From: an uncultured Enterobacteriaceae bacterium
Lineage (GTDB): Bacteria; Pseudomonadota; Gammaproteobacteria; UBA6186; Azoamicaceae
Direction: 5' to 3'
Assembly: GCA_964498335.1 (NCBI GenBank)
Contig: CAZCGL010000001.1
Span: forward strand, 166,451 to 230,450
Length of the DNA: 64,000 bases
The notes under the pieces are model-generated. The model was not told the origin of the DNA, made no database searches, and saw only the letters and a list, made by a program, of their open reading frames with translations. Position 1 is the stretch's first letter, and every line of letters starts with the position of its first letter. A program made the translations under genes and the position numbers. Below, one piece after another: positions 13,801-23,137 of this stretch.

Positions 13801-14572
13801 TGCTGAAAAAATAAGATTTAGAGATATACAAGCTCAACCTAGAAAAATTATAACATCACCTACTTGGAGCGGTATTGAATCTGAACATGTATCGTATAAT
13901 TCAGGTTATACTAATGTTAACGAATTTATACCTTGGAGAACATTAACTGGTAGGCAACAATTTTATCAAGATCATTTATGGATGCGTGATTTTGGAGAAA
14001 GTTTATGTGTATATAAACCTCCTATTGATACAAAAACTGTTAAATTTTATTTAGATGATAATTCTAAAGATAATGGTCATAAAAAAGTTGCTCTGAATTT
14101 TATTACACCACATCAGAAATGGGGAATTCATAGTACATATTCAGATAATTTATTAATGTTAACTCTTAATAGAGGTGGCCCTGTTGTTTGGATAAGTGAA
14201 ATAGATGCTAATAAAATAGGAGTTATAGATAACGACTGGATTGAAGCTTACAATCTAAATGGTGCAATTGTAGCTAGAGCAGTTGTAAGTCAGAGAGTTC
14301 CTGAAGGTATGAGTTTAATGTATCATGCGCAAGAAAAAATAATTAATGTTCCTTTGTCTGAATTTAGTGGACAAAGAGGCGGTATACATAATTCTGTAAC
14401 AAGAGTTTCTTTAAAACCTACTCATATGATTGGAGGTTATGCACAACAAGCATACGGTTTTAATTATTATGGAACAGTTGGTTCTAATAGAGATGAATTT
14501 ATTATTGTTAGAAAATTATCTAATATTAAATGGGGATATGATAACACTTCTTATGATAAGGAGGTTTTATAA
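10814..14572 (+). CDS. narG: Respiratory nitrate reductase alpha subunit
   Basis: RSTHGVNCTGSCSW (FS0 His/Cys ligands), FYDWYCDLPP (Mo-ligand Asp), TPHQKWGIHS. Start at ATG 10814 after GGAG. Confidence 0.98.
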   Translation: MSHIFSRLSFLKKIDSFFSDKHGIVTTEDRSWEETYRKRWQHDKIVRSTHGVNCTGSCSWKIYVKNGIITWETQQTDYPRTRNDLPNHEPRGCQRGASYSWYIYSSARLKYPLVRSSLIELWNKSRLEFKNPVDAWASIQKNETTSLLYKNDRGKGGFVRVSWNDINELIVSANIYTIKTYGPDRVIGFSPIPAMSMVSYAAGARYLSLIGGVCLSFYDWYCDLPPSSPQTWGEQTDVPESADWYNSHFLILWGANVPQTRTPDAHFFTEVQYKGAKTVSISPDYNEGSKLCDVWLPVKQGTDSAAAMAMGHVILKEFYLTNDTKSNYFIDYAKSYTDMPYLVIMDEFNGNFVPGRYLRASDLDVLSKEKNSDWKPLIYDVKSNKIVIPSGSIGSRWDNSRMWNLKSIDTINKIDISPLLSFIDSYDTVLSVGFPYYGGLNHKHTYFNNTNHNDALFRNVPVKKIVCNDKVFFVATVFDLLVSNYGIDRGLNGNNNASNYNDNVPYTPFWQEHITGVSGEAIIGVARQFARNAEKTSGKSMIITGAGMNHWYHMDMNYRSIINLLIMCGCIGVTGGGWAHYVGQEKLRPLAGWLPLAFSLDWKRPPRLMNGTSFFYIHTSQWKYEKLTLNELLSPVSFNKKKWSNSTIIDCNVIAERLGWLPSAPQLNVNPLKLFDNAKANNSDVIQYTIDLLKSGKIKFSSEDPDNPINFPRNLFVWRSNLLGASGKGHEYFLKFLLGVDSAFTREDLSKFGGIKPSFVTWNDNEVAGKLDLLINIDFRVSTTGLYSDIILPTASWYEKDDLNTSDMHPFIHPLSSAIDPVWESKSDWEIYKGLAKSFTEVVNNNKCFNVVEKDIVLTPLMHDSPTELGQPLDVKDWKFNEVDLIPGKTMPNIMCVERDYYSIYDQYTSLGPLIKKHGNMCKGISWNTEHEVYLIGLHNGINESNGYPNIKTAIDACEVILFLAPETNGEVALKSWQALGNYTGLDHTHLALDRAAEKIRFRDIQAQPRKIITSPTWSGIESEHVSYNSGYTNVNEFIPWRTLTGRQQFYQDHLWMRDFGESLCVYKPPIDTKTVKFYLDDNSKDNGHKKVALNFITPHQKWGIHSTYSDNLLMLTLNRGGPVVWISEIDANKIGVIDNDWIEAYNLNGAIVARAVVSQRVPEGMSLMYHAQEKIINVPLSEFSGQRGGIHNSVTRVSLKPTHMIGGYAQQAYGFNYYGTVGSNRDEFIIVRKLSNIKWGYDNTSYDKEVL

Positions 14573-16080
14573 TGAAGATTCGCGCGCATATTGGTATGAT
14601 ACTTAATTTAGATAAATGTATAGGTTGTCATACTTGCTCTGTAACGTGTAAAAACGTTTGGACTTCAAGAAAAGGTGTAGAATACGTTTGGTTTAATAAT
14701 GTTGAAACTAAACCTGGCCTTGGTTATCCTAATGATTGGGAATCTCAAAGAAAATGGAATGGTGGGTGGAAAATTAATGATGATGGTGATTTAGAACCTA
14801 AATTAGGTAGTAAAATAAGTGTTTTTTTAAAGTTATTTGCAAATCCTGATTTGCCTGTTATAGATGATTATTATGAACCGTTTACTTTCAATTATAGTTG
14901 TTTGCAAAGTTCTGAAAAATTTGCATATGCTCCATCAGCTCGTGCAGTTTCAATATTAACTGGTAAGTATTTGGATAAGATAAAATCTGGACCTAATTGG
15001 GAAGAAATATTAGGTGGAGAATTTTCTAAAAGAAGCATGGATTATAATTTTGAAGGTATAAATAAAGAAGTTTATGGATCTTTTAAAAATACATTTATGT
15101 TTTATTTACCTAGATTATGTGAACATTGTTTAAATCCAGCTTGTGTAGCTGTTTGTCCTTCAGGAGCTATTTATAAAAGAGAAGAAGATGGTATAGTTTT
15201 AGTTGACCAGAATAGATGTCGTGGTTGGAGAATGTGTGTTAGTGCATGTCCTTATAAAAAAGTTTATTATAACTGGCATTCTGGTAAATCTGAAAAATGT
15301 ATATTTTGTTATCCTCGTATAGAATCTGGTGAAACTACAGTATGTTCCGAAACATGTGTTGGTAGAATTAGATCTGTTGGAGTTATTTTGTATGATGCTG
15401 ATAAAATAAAATCTTTTGCTTTAACCGAAAATGTGAAGGATTTATATGAAAATCAGTTAAAAATATTTTTAGATCCTAATGATAAAAATATTATTGATAT
15501 GGCTTTATCTCAAGGTATTTCTTTAAATTGGATTAAGGCTGCTCAGAATTCTCCTATATATAAAATGGCTGTTGATTGGAAAATTGCTTTACCTTTACAT
15601 CCTGAATATAGAACATTACCTATGGTATGGTATATACCACCATTAAATCCTATTCAAAATTCTATTAATTCATTTAAAGATTCAATTAATGGAATTTTAC
15701 CTGATATTAGTGATTTAAGAATTCCTGTTAGATATCTAGCTAATATGTTGAGTGGTGGAAATGAAGATGTTATCATTAGATCTTTGAAAAGAATATTGGC
15801 AATGCGTGCTTATATGAGATTTAAATTAGTAGATGGTTTTATAAATACAGATATTTTAGATTATAGTGGTTTAAATCAATTTCAGATAGAAGAAATGTAT
15901 AAATATATGGCTATAGCAAATTATGAAGATAGATTTGTTATACCTACTGCAAGAAGAGATTATCTAAGTGATGCTTTCGCTTATAGAAGCGGGTGCGGAT
16001 TTAATACTGGTAATGTTGAGTCTGAATATGTGAATACATCTAAAGATAATAAAGGTAGAAATTTATTTGGTGGTGTTTAA
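14572..16080 (+). CDS. narH: Respiratory nitrate reductase beta subunit
   Basis: DKCIGCHTCSVTCK, CEHCLNPAC, CRGWRMC...CPY and KCIFCYPR Fe-S motifs. Confidence 0.98.
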   Translation: MKIRAHIGMILNLDKCIGCHTCSVTCKNVWTSRKGVEYVWFNNVETKPGLGYPNDWESQRKWNGGWKINDDGDLEPKLGSKISVFLKLFANPDLPVIDDYYEPFTFNYSCLQSSEKFAYAPSARAVSILTGKYLDKIKSGPNWEEILGGEFSKRSMDYNFEGINKEVYGSFKNTFMFYLPRLCEHCLNPACVAVCPSGAIYKREEDGIVLVDQNRCRGWRMCVSACPYKKVYYNWHSGKSEKCIFCYPRIESGETTVCSETCVGRIRSVGVILYDADKIKSFALTENVKDLYENQLKIFLDPNDKNIIDMALSQGISLNWIKAAQNSPIYKMAVDWKIALPLHPEYRTLPMVWYIPPLNPIQNSINSFKDSINGILPDISDLRIPVRYLANMLSGGNEDVIIRSLKRILAMRAYMRFKLVDGFINTDILDYSGLNQFQIEEMYKYMAIANYEDRFVIPTARRDYLSDAFAYRSGCGFNTGNVESEYVNTSKDNKGRNLFGGV

Positions 16081-16082
16081 TT

Positions 16083-16685
16083 TTGATAAAAATTAAAACA
16101 TATAAAGTTTTTTCTACATTATTATTATATCCTGATGCTGAATTAAAACATAATGTTAATTTAGCATTAGATATTTTAATTAAAGAAGCAGTTCTACATA
16201 CAGAATATATTAACATTATTAAATCTTTTGTTGAGTATATTGATAATAATGATTTATTATTTTTGCAAGAAGAATATGTTTCTTTGTTTGATAGGCAGAA
16301 AAATTTTTCTTTATATTTATTTGAACATATTCATAGCGATTCCAGAGATAGAGGAATGGCTATGATTGATTTAAAAAATTTATATAAAACATCAAATTTT
16401 GATATACCTTTAGGTGGTGAATTGCCAGATTATTTACCTGTATTTTTAGAATATTTGTCTATTTTATCTATTGATAAGGCATCTTTTTTATTGGGGGAAG
16501 TCATTAATATTATAGCTGTTCTTAGATACAGATTAAATTTAATTAATAATATATATTATAAATTATTTTATGCTTTAGAATCTTTATCTGCTATTAAATC
16601 TGATAATAGTATTATAGAAAAATCTAGTGCTTGTAATAATTTTTATTTAAATAATAAAGATTTCGATGATACAAAAATTTTTTAA
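16083..16685 (+). CDS. narJ: Nitrate reductase molybdenum cofactor assembly chaperone
   Basis: LL.YP, YV.LFD, SLYLFEH.H.DSRDRG.AM, ELPDYLP.FLEYL. TTG start. Confidence 0.95.
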   Translation: MIKIKTYKVFSTLLLYPDAELKHNVNLALDILIKEAVLHTEYINIIKSFVEYIDNNDLLFLQEEYVSLFDRQKNFSLYLFEHIHSDSRDRGMAMIDLKNLYKTSNFDIPLGGELPDYLPVFLEYLSILSIDKASFLLGEVINIIAVLRYRLNLINNIYYKLFYALESLSAIKSDNSIIEKSSACNNFYLNNKDFDDTKIF

Positions 16686-16697
16686 TTAGGAGTTAAC

Positions 16698-17381
16698 ATG
16701 CATTTTTTAAATATATTTATTTTTTCTTATTTTCCATATATTTCTATTCTCATTTTTATTTTAGGTTCGGTGTTTAGATATGAGAATAATCAATATTCTT
16801 GGAAAAGTAGTTCGAGTCAATTATTACATAATAAATTATTTTTTTTAAGTAGTAATTTATTTCATTTTGGAATTTTATTTTTAATTTTTGGACATTTTTT
16901 TGGTTTATTGACTCCGCATTCTATTTATTCTAATTTTATTACGGCCGAACATAAGCAAATGCTTGCCATGTTTTCAGGAGGAGTAGCAGGTTTTTTTTGT
17001 TTTATTGGTTTAACATTATTAATATACAGACGTATATCAAATGATAGAGTTAATAGTAATAGTAATAGCTCTGATCTATATGTTTTATTTTTACTTTATG
17101 TACAATTAATTTTAGGATTATTTTCTATTGTTATTTCTTATTCGCATATTGATAATCCAAGTACTATGATATCTTTAGCTAATTGGGTTCAAGGCATTTT
17201 TACTTTTTCTCCTAATTTGTATTTGTATGTTATACCTGAAAATTTTATTTTTAAGGCGCATTTGTTTTTAGGCATGATTATATTAGTTTTTTTTCCTTTT
17301 ACACGATTAGTTCATGTATTTAGTTTTCCTTATTTATATTTTTTAAGACATGGATATCAAATAGTTAGAACATTTAAGTAA
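16698..17381 (+). CDS. narI: Respiratory nitrate reductase gamma subunit (cytochrome b)
   Basis: QYSWKSSSSQLL, heme His residues in FHFGI/GHFFG/KAH/RLVH, FPFTRLVH. Confidence 0.97.
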   Translation: MHFLNIFIFSYFPYISILIFILGSVFRYENNQYSWKSSSSQLLHNKLFFLSSNLFHFGILFLIFGHFFGLLTPHSIYSNFITAEHKQMLAMFSGGVAGFFCFIGLTLLIYRRISNDRVNSNSNSSDLYVLFLLYVQLILGLFSIVISYSHIDNPSTMISLANWVQGIFTFSPNLYLYVIPENFIFKAHLFLGMIILVFFPFTRLVHVFSFPYLYFLRHGYQIVRTFK

Positions 17382-17392
17382 AAAGGTTTTTA

Positions 17393-18670
17393 ATGAGTGA
17401 TATTAAGGATTATAATAATGATATAAATGTTAGTAAAACAGATATGGTAAGAGCTTTAGTTTTAAGTACTATGGCTTTTACATTTTGTTTTTCTGTTTGG
17501 ACTATTTTTTCTATAATAGGAATAAGAATAAAATATGAAATAGGATTAAATGATACTCAATTTGGATTTTTAGTTGCTACTCCTATTTTAACTGGTTCTT
17601 TATGCAGACTTTTTTTGGGTATATTAACAGATTTATATGGTGGTAGGCTTATTTTTACAATTCTTATGTTGTTTTCTTCATGTTCTTTATATTATTTAAC
17701 TTATGTTAATGATTATTATCAGTGTATTATAGCAGCTTTAGGAATAGGATTCGCTGGTGGTGGCTTTGCTGTTGGTGTTGCGTATGTCTCTAGATGGTAT
17801 CCTAAGGAATTGCAAGGCACTGCATTAGGTATATTTGGGATGGGAAATTTTGGAGCATCGATTACTAATTTTGGAGCACCTTTTTTGCTATTTTTAGGTT
17901 GGCATGGTGTTGCTAAAGTTTATGCGTTTATTTTTTGTTTTGTTGCTATTTGTTTTTATTTTTTTGCTAAAGATGATCCTTTTACAAAACGCATGCGTTT
18001 ATCTAGTAATAATAATTTTACATTTTTTTCTCAATTAAAACCACTTAAAAACATTCAGGTTTGGAGATTTTCTTTTTATTATTTTTTTGTTTTTGGAGCT
18101 TTCGTTGCTTTAGCTTTATGGTTACCCAGATATTATATAGGTGTTTATGGCGTTGATATAAAAACAGCTGGCATATTAACAGCTTTATATTCTTTTCCTG
18201 GTAGTGTTTTTAGAGCTTTAGGTGGTGTTTTATCAGATAAGATTGGTGCAAGAAAAGTTATGTATCTTACATATTACGGTTCTTTAATTTGTTTATTTTT
18301 TATGTCGTATCCTGCAACAAATTATATAATACAAGGTGTATCAGGCGATATTAGTTTTAGTTTTAAAATTACTGTTATACCTTTTGCTATTTTAAGCTTT
18401 TTTTTAGGTTTTTTTATGTCTTTAGGAAAAGCTGCAGTTTATAAGCATATAGCTGTATATTATCCAAGTAATGTTGGGTCTGTTGGTGGTATTGTTGGAT
18501 TAATAGGAGGCTTAGGTGGTTTTTCATGTCCAATTATTTTTGGTTTTTTAAATGATATAATTGGTATTTGGACTAGTTGTTTTATGTTATTGCTTTTAAT
18601 TGTTTTAATATCAATTTTTTTGATGTATGTATCTATTTTGAAAATAAATAAAAATGAACAAATTAATTGA
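17393..18670 (+). CDS. narK: Nitrate transporter, NarK1-type (MFS)
   Basis: LSTMAFTFCFSVW, QFGFLVATPILTGSL.R, GFAGGGFAVG..YVS.WYP, GIFGMGN. Confidence 0.9.
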   Translation: MSDIKDYNNDINVSKTDMVRALVLSTMAFTFCFSVWTIFSIIGIRIKYEIGLNDTQFGFLVATPILTGSLCRLFLGILTDLYGGRLIFTILMLFSSCSLYYLTYVNDYYQCIIAALGIGFAGGGFAVGVAYVSRWYPKELQGTALGIFGMGNFGASITNFGAPFLLFLGWHGVAKVYAFIFCFVAICFYFFAKDDPFTKRMRLSSNNNFTFFSQLKPLKNIQVWRFSFYYFFVFGAFVALALWLPRYYIGVYGVDIKTAGILTALYSFPGSVFRALGGVLSDKIGARKVMYLTYYGSLICLFFMSYPATNYIIQGVSGDISFSFKITVIPFAILSFFLGFFMSLGKAAVYKHIAVYYPSNVGSVGGIVGLIGGLGGFSCPIIFGFLNDIIGIWTSCFMLLLLIVLISIFLMYVSILKINKNEQIN

Positions 18671-19628
18671 TAATTATAATAGAGTTTTTTCTTATTTAAG
18701 GTTATCTATTACTGATTTATGTAATTTTAATTGTAAATATTGTGTTCCAGATATTAATAAAATAGATACTAAAAAATATTTATCTAGAAGTGAAATTTAT
18801 AATTTGATTTCAGCTTTTTCTGATTTAGGTATTTCTAAGATTAGACTTACTGGAGGAGAACCTACTGTTAGAAAAGATTTTTTAGATATAGGTATGACTA
18901 TTTCAAATTTTAAATCTATAAAATCATTAGTTTTTACTACTAATGGATATAAATTAAATAAAATAGCTAGTAAGTTAAAATCAGCTGGGTTTACAGGTGT
19001 GAATATTAGTTTAGATTCTTTAAATAAGAATAAATTTTATGTTATAACTAATAAAAATTATTTTGATAGTGTTATATCTGGTATTTTTTCTTGTTTGGAT
19101 AATGATATAGATGTTAAATTAAATATTGTTTTATCTAATTTTTTTTCATTTTTTGATTTTGAAAATTTTTATTCTTTAATAAGATATAAAAAATTAACTA
19201 TAAGATTTATAGATCAAATGGAAACATCGAGTGTTAAACGAGGTGATAATTTTTATTTTAGCTCTTTTTATTTAACTTCTTATTTAAATCGTAATGGTTG
19301 GAGTAAAGATATTTTAGAAGATAAAACATCTGGGCCTGCTATGATCTATTCTAATCCTAGTTTTTTGGGTAAAATTGGTTTTATAAGTCCTTATTCAAAT
19401 CATTTTTGTGTAAGTTGCAATAGATTACGCGTATCTTCAATAGGAGATTTATTTTTGTGTTTATTTGGAGGTGAATCTTATTCATTAAGAACTTTTTTAA
19501 ATTCGTCTAAGAAAAAAAAAGATTTAATTATTTTTTTATTAAATAAAATAAAAATAAAAAAAGAGTCTCATTTTTTACATGAAAAAAAATTTGGTATATT
19601 AAAAACTTTTTCTAAGATAGGTGGTTAG
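18654..19628 (+). CDS. moaA: GTP 3',8-cyclase
   Basis: YLRLSITDLCNFNCKYC radical SAM motif, RLTGGEP, FCVSCNRLR...C, C-terminal IGG. Confidence 0.96.
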   Translation: MNKLIDNYNRVFSYLRLSITDLCNFNCKYCVPDINKIDTKKYLSRSEIYNLISAFSDLGISKIRLTGGEPTVRKDFLDIGMTISNFKSIKSLVFTTNGYKLNKIASKLKSAGFTGVNISLDSLNKNKFYVITNKNYFDSVISGIFSCLDNDIDVKLNIVLSNFFSFFDFENFYSLIRYKKLTIRFIDQMETSSVKRGDNFYFSSFYLTSYLNRNGWSKDILEDKTSGPAMIYSNPSFLGKIGFISPYSNHFCVSCNRLRVSSIGDLFLCLFGGESYSLRTFLNSSKKKKDLIIFLLNKIKIKKESHFLHEKKFGILKTFSKIGG

Positions 19629-19654
19629 TTTTTAAATTAAATGGCTAGTTTGTT

Positions 19655-20626
19655 ATGTCTTATTATAAAATTATTGATATAAGTTCTAAAAAAAATTCTT
19701 ATAGAAGAGCGTGTGTTTTTGGATCTATTTATTTAGGAAAAGAAGTTTGCTATAAAATAAAAAATGGTTTAATAGAAAAAGGAAATCCTATTATTTTAGC
19801 TGAAATAGCAGGAATAAATGCTATTAAAAACACGTCAAATCTTATTATTCTTTGTCACCCTATAAATATAGAAAATGCATTTTTAAATGTTTTTATTGAT
19901 GATGATACTTATAGTGTTTTTGTTTATTCGTTTGTTTTTGCTTATGCTAAAACTGGTGTTGAGATGGAAGCTATGATGGGTGCTATGACAGCTCTTTTAA
20001 CTATATATGATCTTACTAAAAAGTTTAATCCGTTAAGCTATATTAATAATGTAAAATTAGTTTTTAAAGATGGTGGTGAAAATGCTATAGGATTTTTTGA
20101 TGATATACCTTATGATTTTAAAAAATATTTTGTTAATAATAAATTAGCATTTTCTAACATTAACGTTTTTATAGTAACTATTAGTGATAGAGCTAGTTTA
20201 GGTAGATATGAAGATATATCTGGAAAAGTTTTAATGAAATTTTTTTTAGATAATTTTTGTACCAATATATGTAATATAATTTTACCAGATGACAAAATTA
20301 TATTATTTAAGGTTTTAAAAAATTATGTAAGTAATCATTCTCCTGATATTATAATAACATCAGGTGGTACAGGAATATCGTCAAGGGATATTACTTTTGA
20401 AGTTATTAATAATTTGTGTCAAAAAATAATTCCTGGATTAGGAGAATTCTTAAGATTTAATGGATCATTTCATTCATCTAATTCTTGGTTAAGTAGATCT
20501 ATCGCTGGAATTTGTGATAAAACATTAATAATATCATTACCTGGAAAACCTTCTGCTGTTTCTGAGAGCATGAATATATTAAGTGATTTATTGATTCATG
20601 CAATTTCTATCGTTAAAGAAATATGA
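19655..20626 (+). CDS. moaCB: Bifunctional MoaC-MoaB/MogA fusion
   Basis: N-terminal MoaC (KG, LI.LCHP, TGVEMEA, LTIYD..K, K.GG). C-terminal MoaB/MogA (TISDR, D.SG, TSGGTG...RDIT, SR..AG, LPG.P). Confidence 0.92.
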   Translation: MSYYKIIDISSKKNSYRRACVFGSIYLGKEVCYKIKNGLIEKGNPIILAEIAGINAIKNTSNLIILCHPINIENAFLNVFIDDDTYSVFVYSFVFAYAKTGVEMEAMMGAMTALLTIYDLTKKFNPLSYINNVKLVFKDGGENAIGFFDDIPYDFKKYFVNNKLAFSNINVFIVTISDRASLGRYEDISGKVLMKFFLDNFCTNICNIILPDDKIILFKVLKNYVSNHSPDIIITSGGTGISSRDITFEVINNLCQKIIPGLGEFLRFNGSFHSSNSWLSRSIAGICDKTLIISLPGKPSAVSESMNILSDLLIHAISIVKEI

Positions 20627-21864
20627 TAAAATATTTTGATTCATTGTCTTTATTATTTAATAGTGTAGAAAAATCTTTTTTTTTTAAAAAAAAAATAAAC
20701 AAATTATTAGATTTATCTATTAATGAGACTTATTATTTTGATTTTTTATCTTTTATTAATGTTCCATATTATACTACATCAGCTATGGATGGATATTCAA
20801 TTATTTTAGATAATTTTAAATATAAATTTAGTAGTATACGTGCTAATTTTTTTATTATTGATATAGTTAAAGCTGGAGATTTATCTAATAATTTTTTTTT
20901 TGATGGTGATTATGCTATTGAGATTATGACTGGATCTAGAATGCCAGAATTTTTTGATTCTATTATTAGAGTAGAAGATAGTTTTTTAGATGTTAATAAT
21001 CCTTTTGAGTTTTTTTTTAAAAAAATATTAATATTTGGAGAGAATGTTAGACTTATTGGAGAAGATTTTAGATTTGGAAGTTTTTGCGTTAGAAAAGGCG
21101 ATTTCTTTTTTTTGAAAGATCGTGTCTCTACGTCAACATTAGGTATTAAGAATTTATTTTTTTTAAAAAAAAATAAAGTTTATTTGATTTGCACTGGAAA
21201 TGAAATTATAGATTCTTTTAATTCAGATTTTAATAGTTCTTTTATTAATAATTCTTTATCTAAATTTTTTATATCATTTTTTGAATCTATGGCTATAGAG
21301 CTTATTTATTATGGCGTTAGTTTGGATTTTAAAACAGATTTAAAAAAAAAAATATTAGAATTGCTTGATAAAGATGAGAATAATTTAATTATTACGACTG
21401 GGGCTGTATCTAAGGGTAAAGCTGATATTTTACCAGCAGTATTAACTGAATTAAACATTAATATAATTTTTCATGGAGTTCTTATAAAACCAGGAAAGCC
21501 TATTTTATATGCAAATTATTTGAATAAAAATTATTTTTTTTGTTTACCCGGAAATCCAATATCAGCAATAATTGGTTTACGTTTTTTTATTTATCCTTTT
21601 ATTAGATATTTATTTGGTGATGCATTGGAAGAGCCATTAAAAGCGTATTTAGAACACGATTATATTATAAATAGAAATATTGATGTATTTTTAAAGTCTT
21701 TTATTCATTTTAGTAAAAATAATTTTTATGTTAGGATACTAGAAGATCAACAATCTTTTAAGGTTCGCTCTTTTATAGAATCTAATTCTTTTGTTTATTT
21801 GAGAATTAATGACACTTCTAAAAAAGGTGATATTTTAAATGTTTATTTTCATAAACCTTTTTAA
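20623..21864 (+). CDS. moeA: Molybdopterin molybdenumtransferase
   Basis: SAMDGY, IMTG..MP, TG.E, TTGAVSKG..D, KPGKP, LPGNP.S. Confidence 0.93.
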   Translation: MIKYFDSLSLLFNSVEKSFFFKKKINKLLDLSINETYYFDFLSFINVPYYTTSAMDGYSIILDNFKYKFSSIRANFFIIDIVKAGDLSNNFFFDGDYAIEIMTGSRMPEFFDSIIRVEDSFLDVNNPFEFFFKKILIFGENVRLIGEDFRFGSFCVRKGDFFFLKDRVSTSTLGIKNLFFLKKNKVYLICTGNEIIDSFNSDFNSSFINNSLSKFFISFFESMAIELIYYGVSLDFKTDLKKKILELLDKDENNLIITTGAVSKGKADILPAVLTELNINIIFHGVLIKPGKPILYANYLNKNYFFCLPGNPISAIIGLRFFIYPFIRYLFGDALEEPLKAYLEHDYIINRNIDVFLKSFIHFSKNNFYVRILEDQQSFKVRSFIESNSFVYLRINDTSKKGDILNVYFHKPF

Positions 21865-21873
21865 GTATATTTT

Positions 21874-22131
21874 ATGATAAATGTAAATATAAATATGATG
21901 GGAATTTTCCAAGAATATTTTTCACACTGTTTAATTGTGAATATTCCTGATAAAACAAATATTTCTATGTTAAGAGAAATGTTAATTAAAAAATATGATA
22001 AATCATTTTTAAATTTTAATTATCTTATTAAGAATTCTGTATTTTCAAATAAATATAATATTTTATCTGATGATTATTTATTGTCTGATAATGATGATAT
22101 TTATTTATTACCTCCATTTTCTGGAGGATGA
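21874..22131 (+). CDS. moaD: Molybdopterin synthase sulfur carrier subunit
   Basis: 85 aa ending D.I.LLPPFSGG. Confidence 0.92.
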   Translation: MINVNINMMGIFQEYFSHCLIVNIPDKTNISMLREMLIKKYDKSFLNFNYLIKNSVFSNKYNILSDDYLLSDNDDIYLLPPFSGG

Positions 22132-22553
22132 AAATGCAAGATTTTTTTTTGAAATTTTATGATTCTAAAATAGATTTTTCTTTTTTAAATTTTTCTCTAA
22201 ATAAGAATGTAGGAGCTGTATTTTTTTTTGTTGGAATTATAAGAAAATATAATTTTGATAAAGAAGTTGATAAAGTTGATTATCATGTTTTTGAATCGTT
22301 AACTATATCTTTATTAAAAAACAAGTGTGATAAAATTTTTTTATGCAGTAATATTTTAAGCATTAATATAATTCAAAGAAAGGGTATAGTTTTTGTTGGT
22401 GAAATTAATTTAATTGTTTGTGTTAGTGCTATTGACAGAAGAAGTTCATTTAATTGTTGCAAATCATTAGTTGAATATATAAAACATTGTGTACCTATTT
22501 GGAAAAAAGAATATTATATTGACTCTACTTATACTTGGATTAATTCTATATAA
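22128..22553 (+). CDS. moaE: Molybdopterin synthase catalytic subunit
   Basis: GA...F.G.IR, R.G...VGE, K..VPIWKKE......W. Confidence 0.92.
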   Translation: MKMQDFFLKFYDSKIDFSFLNFSLNKNVGAVFFFVGIIRKYNFDKEVDKVDYHVFESLTISLLKNKCDKIFLCSNILSINIIQRKGIVFVGEINLIVCVSAIDRRSSFNCCKSLVEYIKHCVPIWKKEYYIDSTYTWINSI

Positions 22554-22566
22554 GAAAATATTTTTT

Positions 22567-23127
22567 ATGTTGAGATATTTTTGTCCAGTAATTTTGTCTG
22601 GAGGACTTTCGTCTAGATTTGGTTTTAATAAAGCTTTTTTAAAAATTAAAAGTACTTTTTTATTAGATTCACGTATTTATTTTTTTTTTGATTTAGGGTT
22701 TATAGATATTTATATTAGTGGATATATTAGAGGTTATTCTTATGTTTCTGACTATTTTTTAAGCAAAGGCCCAGTTTTTTCAATATTTAAAATGTGTATC
22801 TATTTTTTTGATAGTTATTTTACACATTTTATATTTTTTCCTGTAGATTTAAATTTTAGTTGTAAGAAAAAATTTTTTTTAATGTTATATAGGTGTAATA
22901 TTTTTTTTTCTTATTATGTGTGTTCATATTTTTTACCTTTTTTGTTATCTTTTTCTTTGCAAATTTATTATAATCTTTTATTTTTCATCTTAGATTTAAA
23001 TTTTTATTTTTTATCTTTACAATTTTTTTTAAGTTTTATTTTTTTAGAAAATGTCAAAGCTTATAAATTTAGCGCTATAAATTTTTTAAATTTTAATAAT
23101 TATTATAACTATTTTTTATTAAATTGA
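22567..23127 (+). CDS. mobA: Molybdenum cofactor guanylyltransferase, highly eroded
   Basis: VILSGGLSSRFGFNKA (LAGGxSxRxGxDKA motif), D....GP, PVD. End of the Moco cluster. Start set at ATG 22567. Confidence 0.75.
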   Translation: MLRYFCPVILSGGLSSRFGFNKAFLKIKSTFLLDSRIYFFFDLGFIDIYISGYIRGYSYVSDYFLSKGPVFSIFKMCIYFFDSYFTHFIFFPVDLNFSCKKKFFLMLYRCNIFFSYYVCSYFLPFLLSFSLQIYYNLLFFILDLNFYFLSLQFFLSFIFLENVKAYKFSAINFLNFNNYYNYFLLN

Positions 23128-23137
23128 GGTTTTTTTT

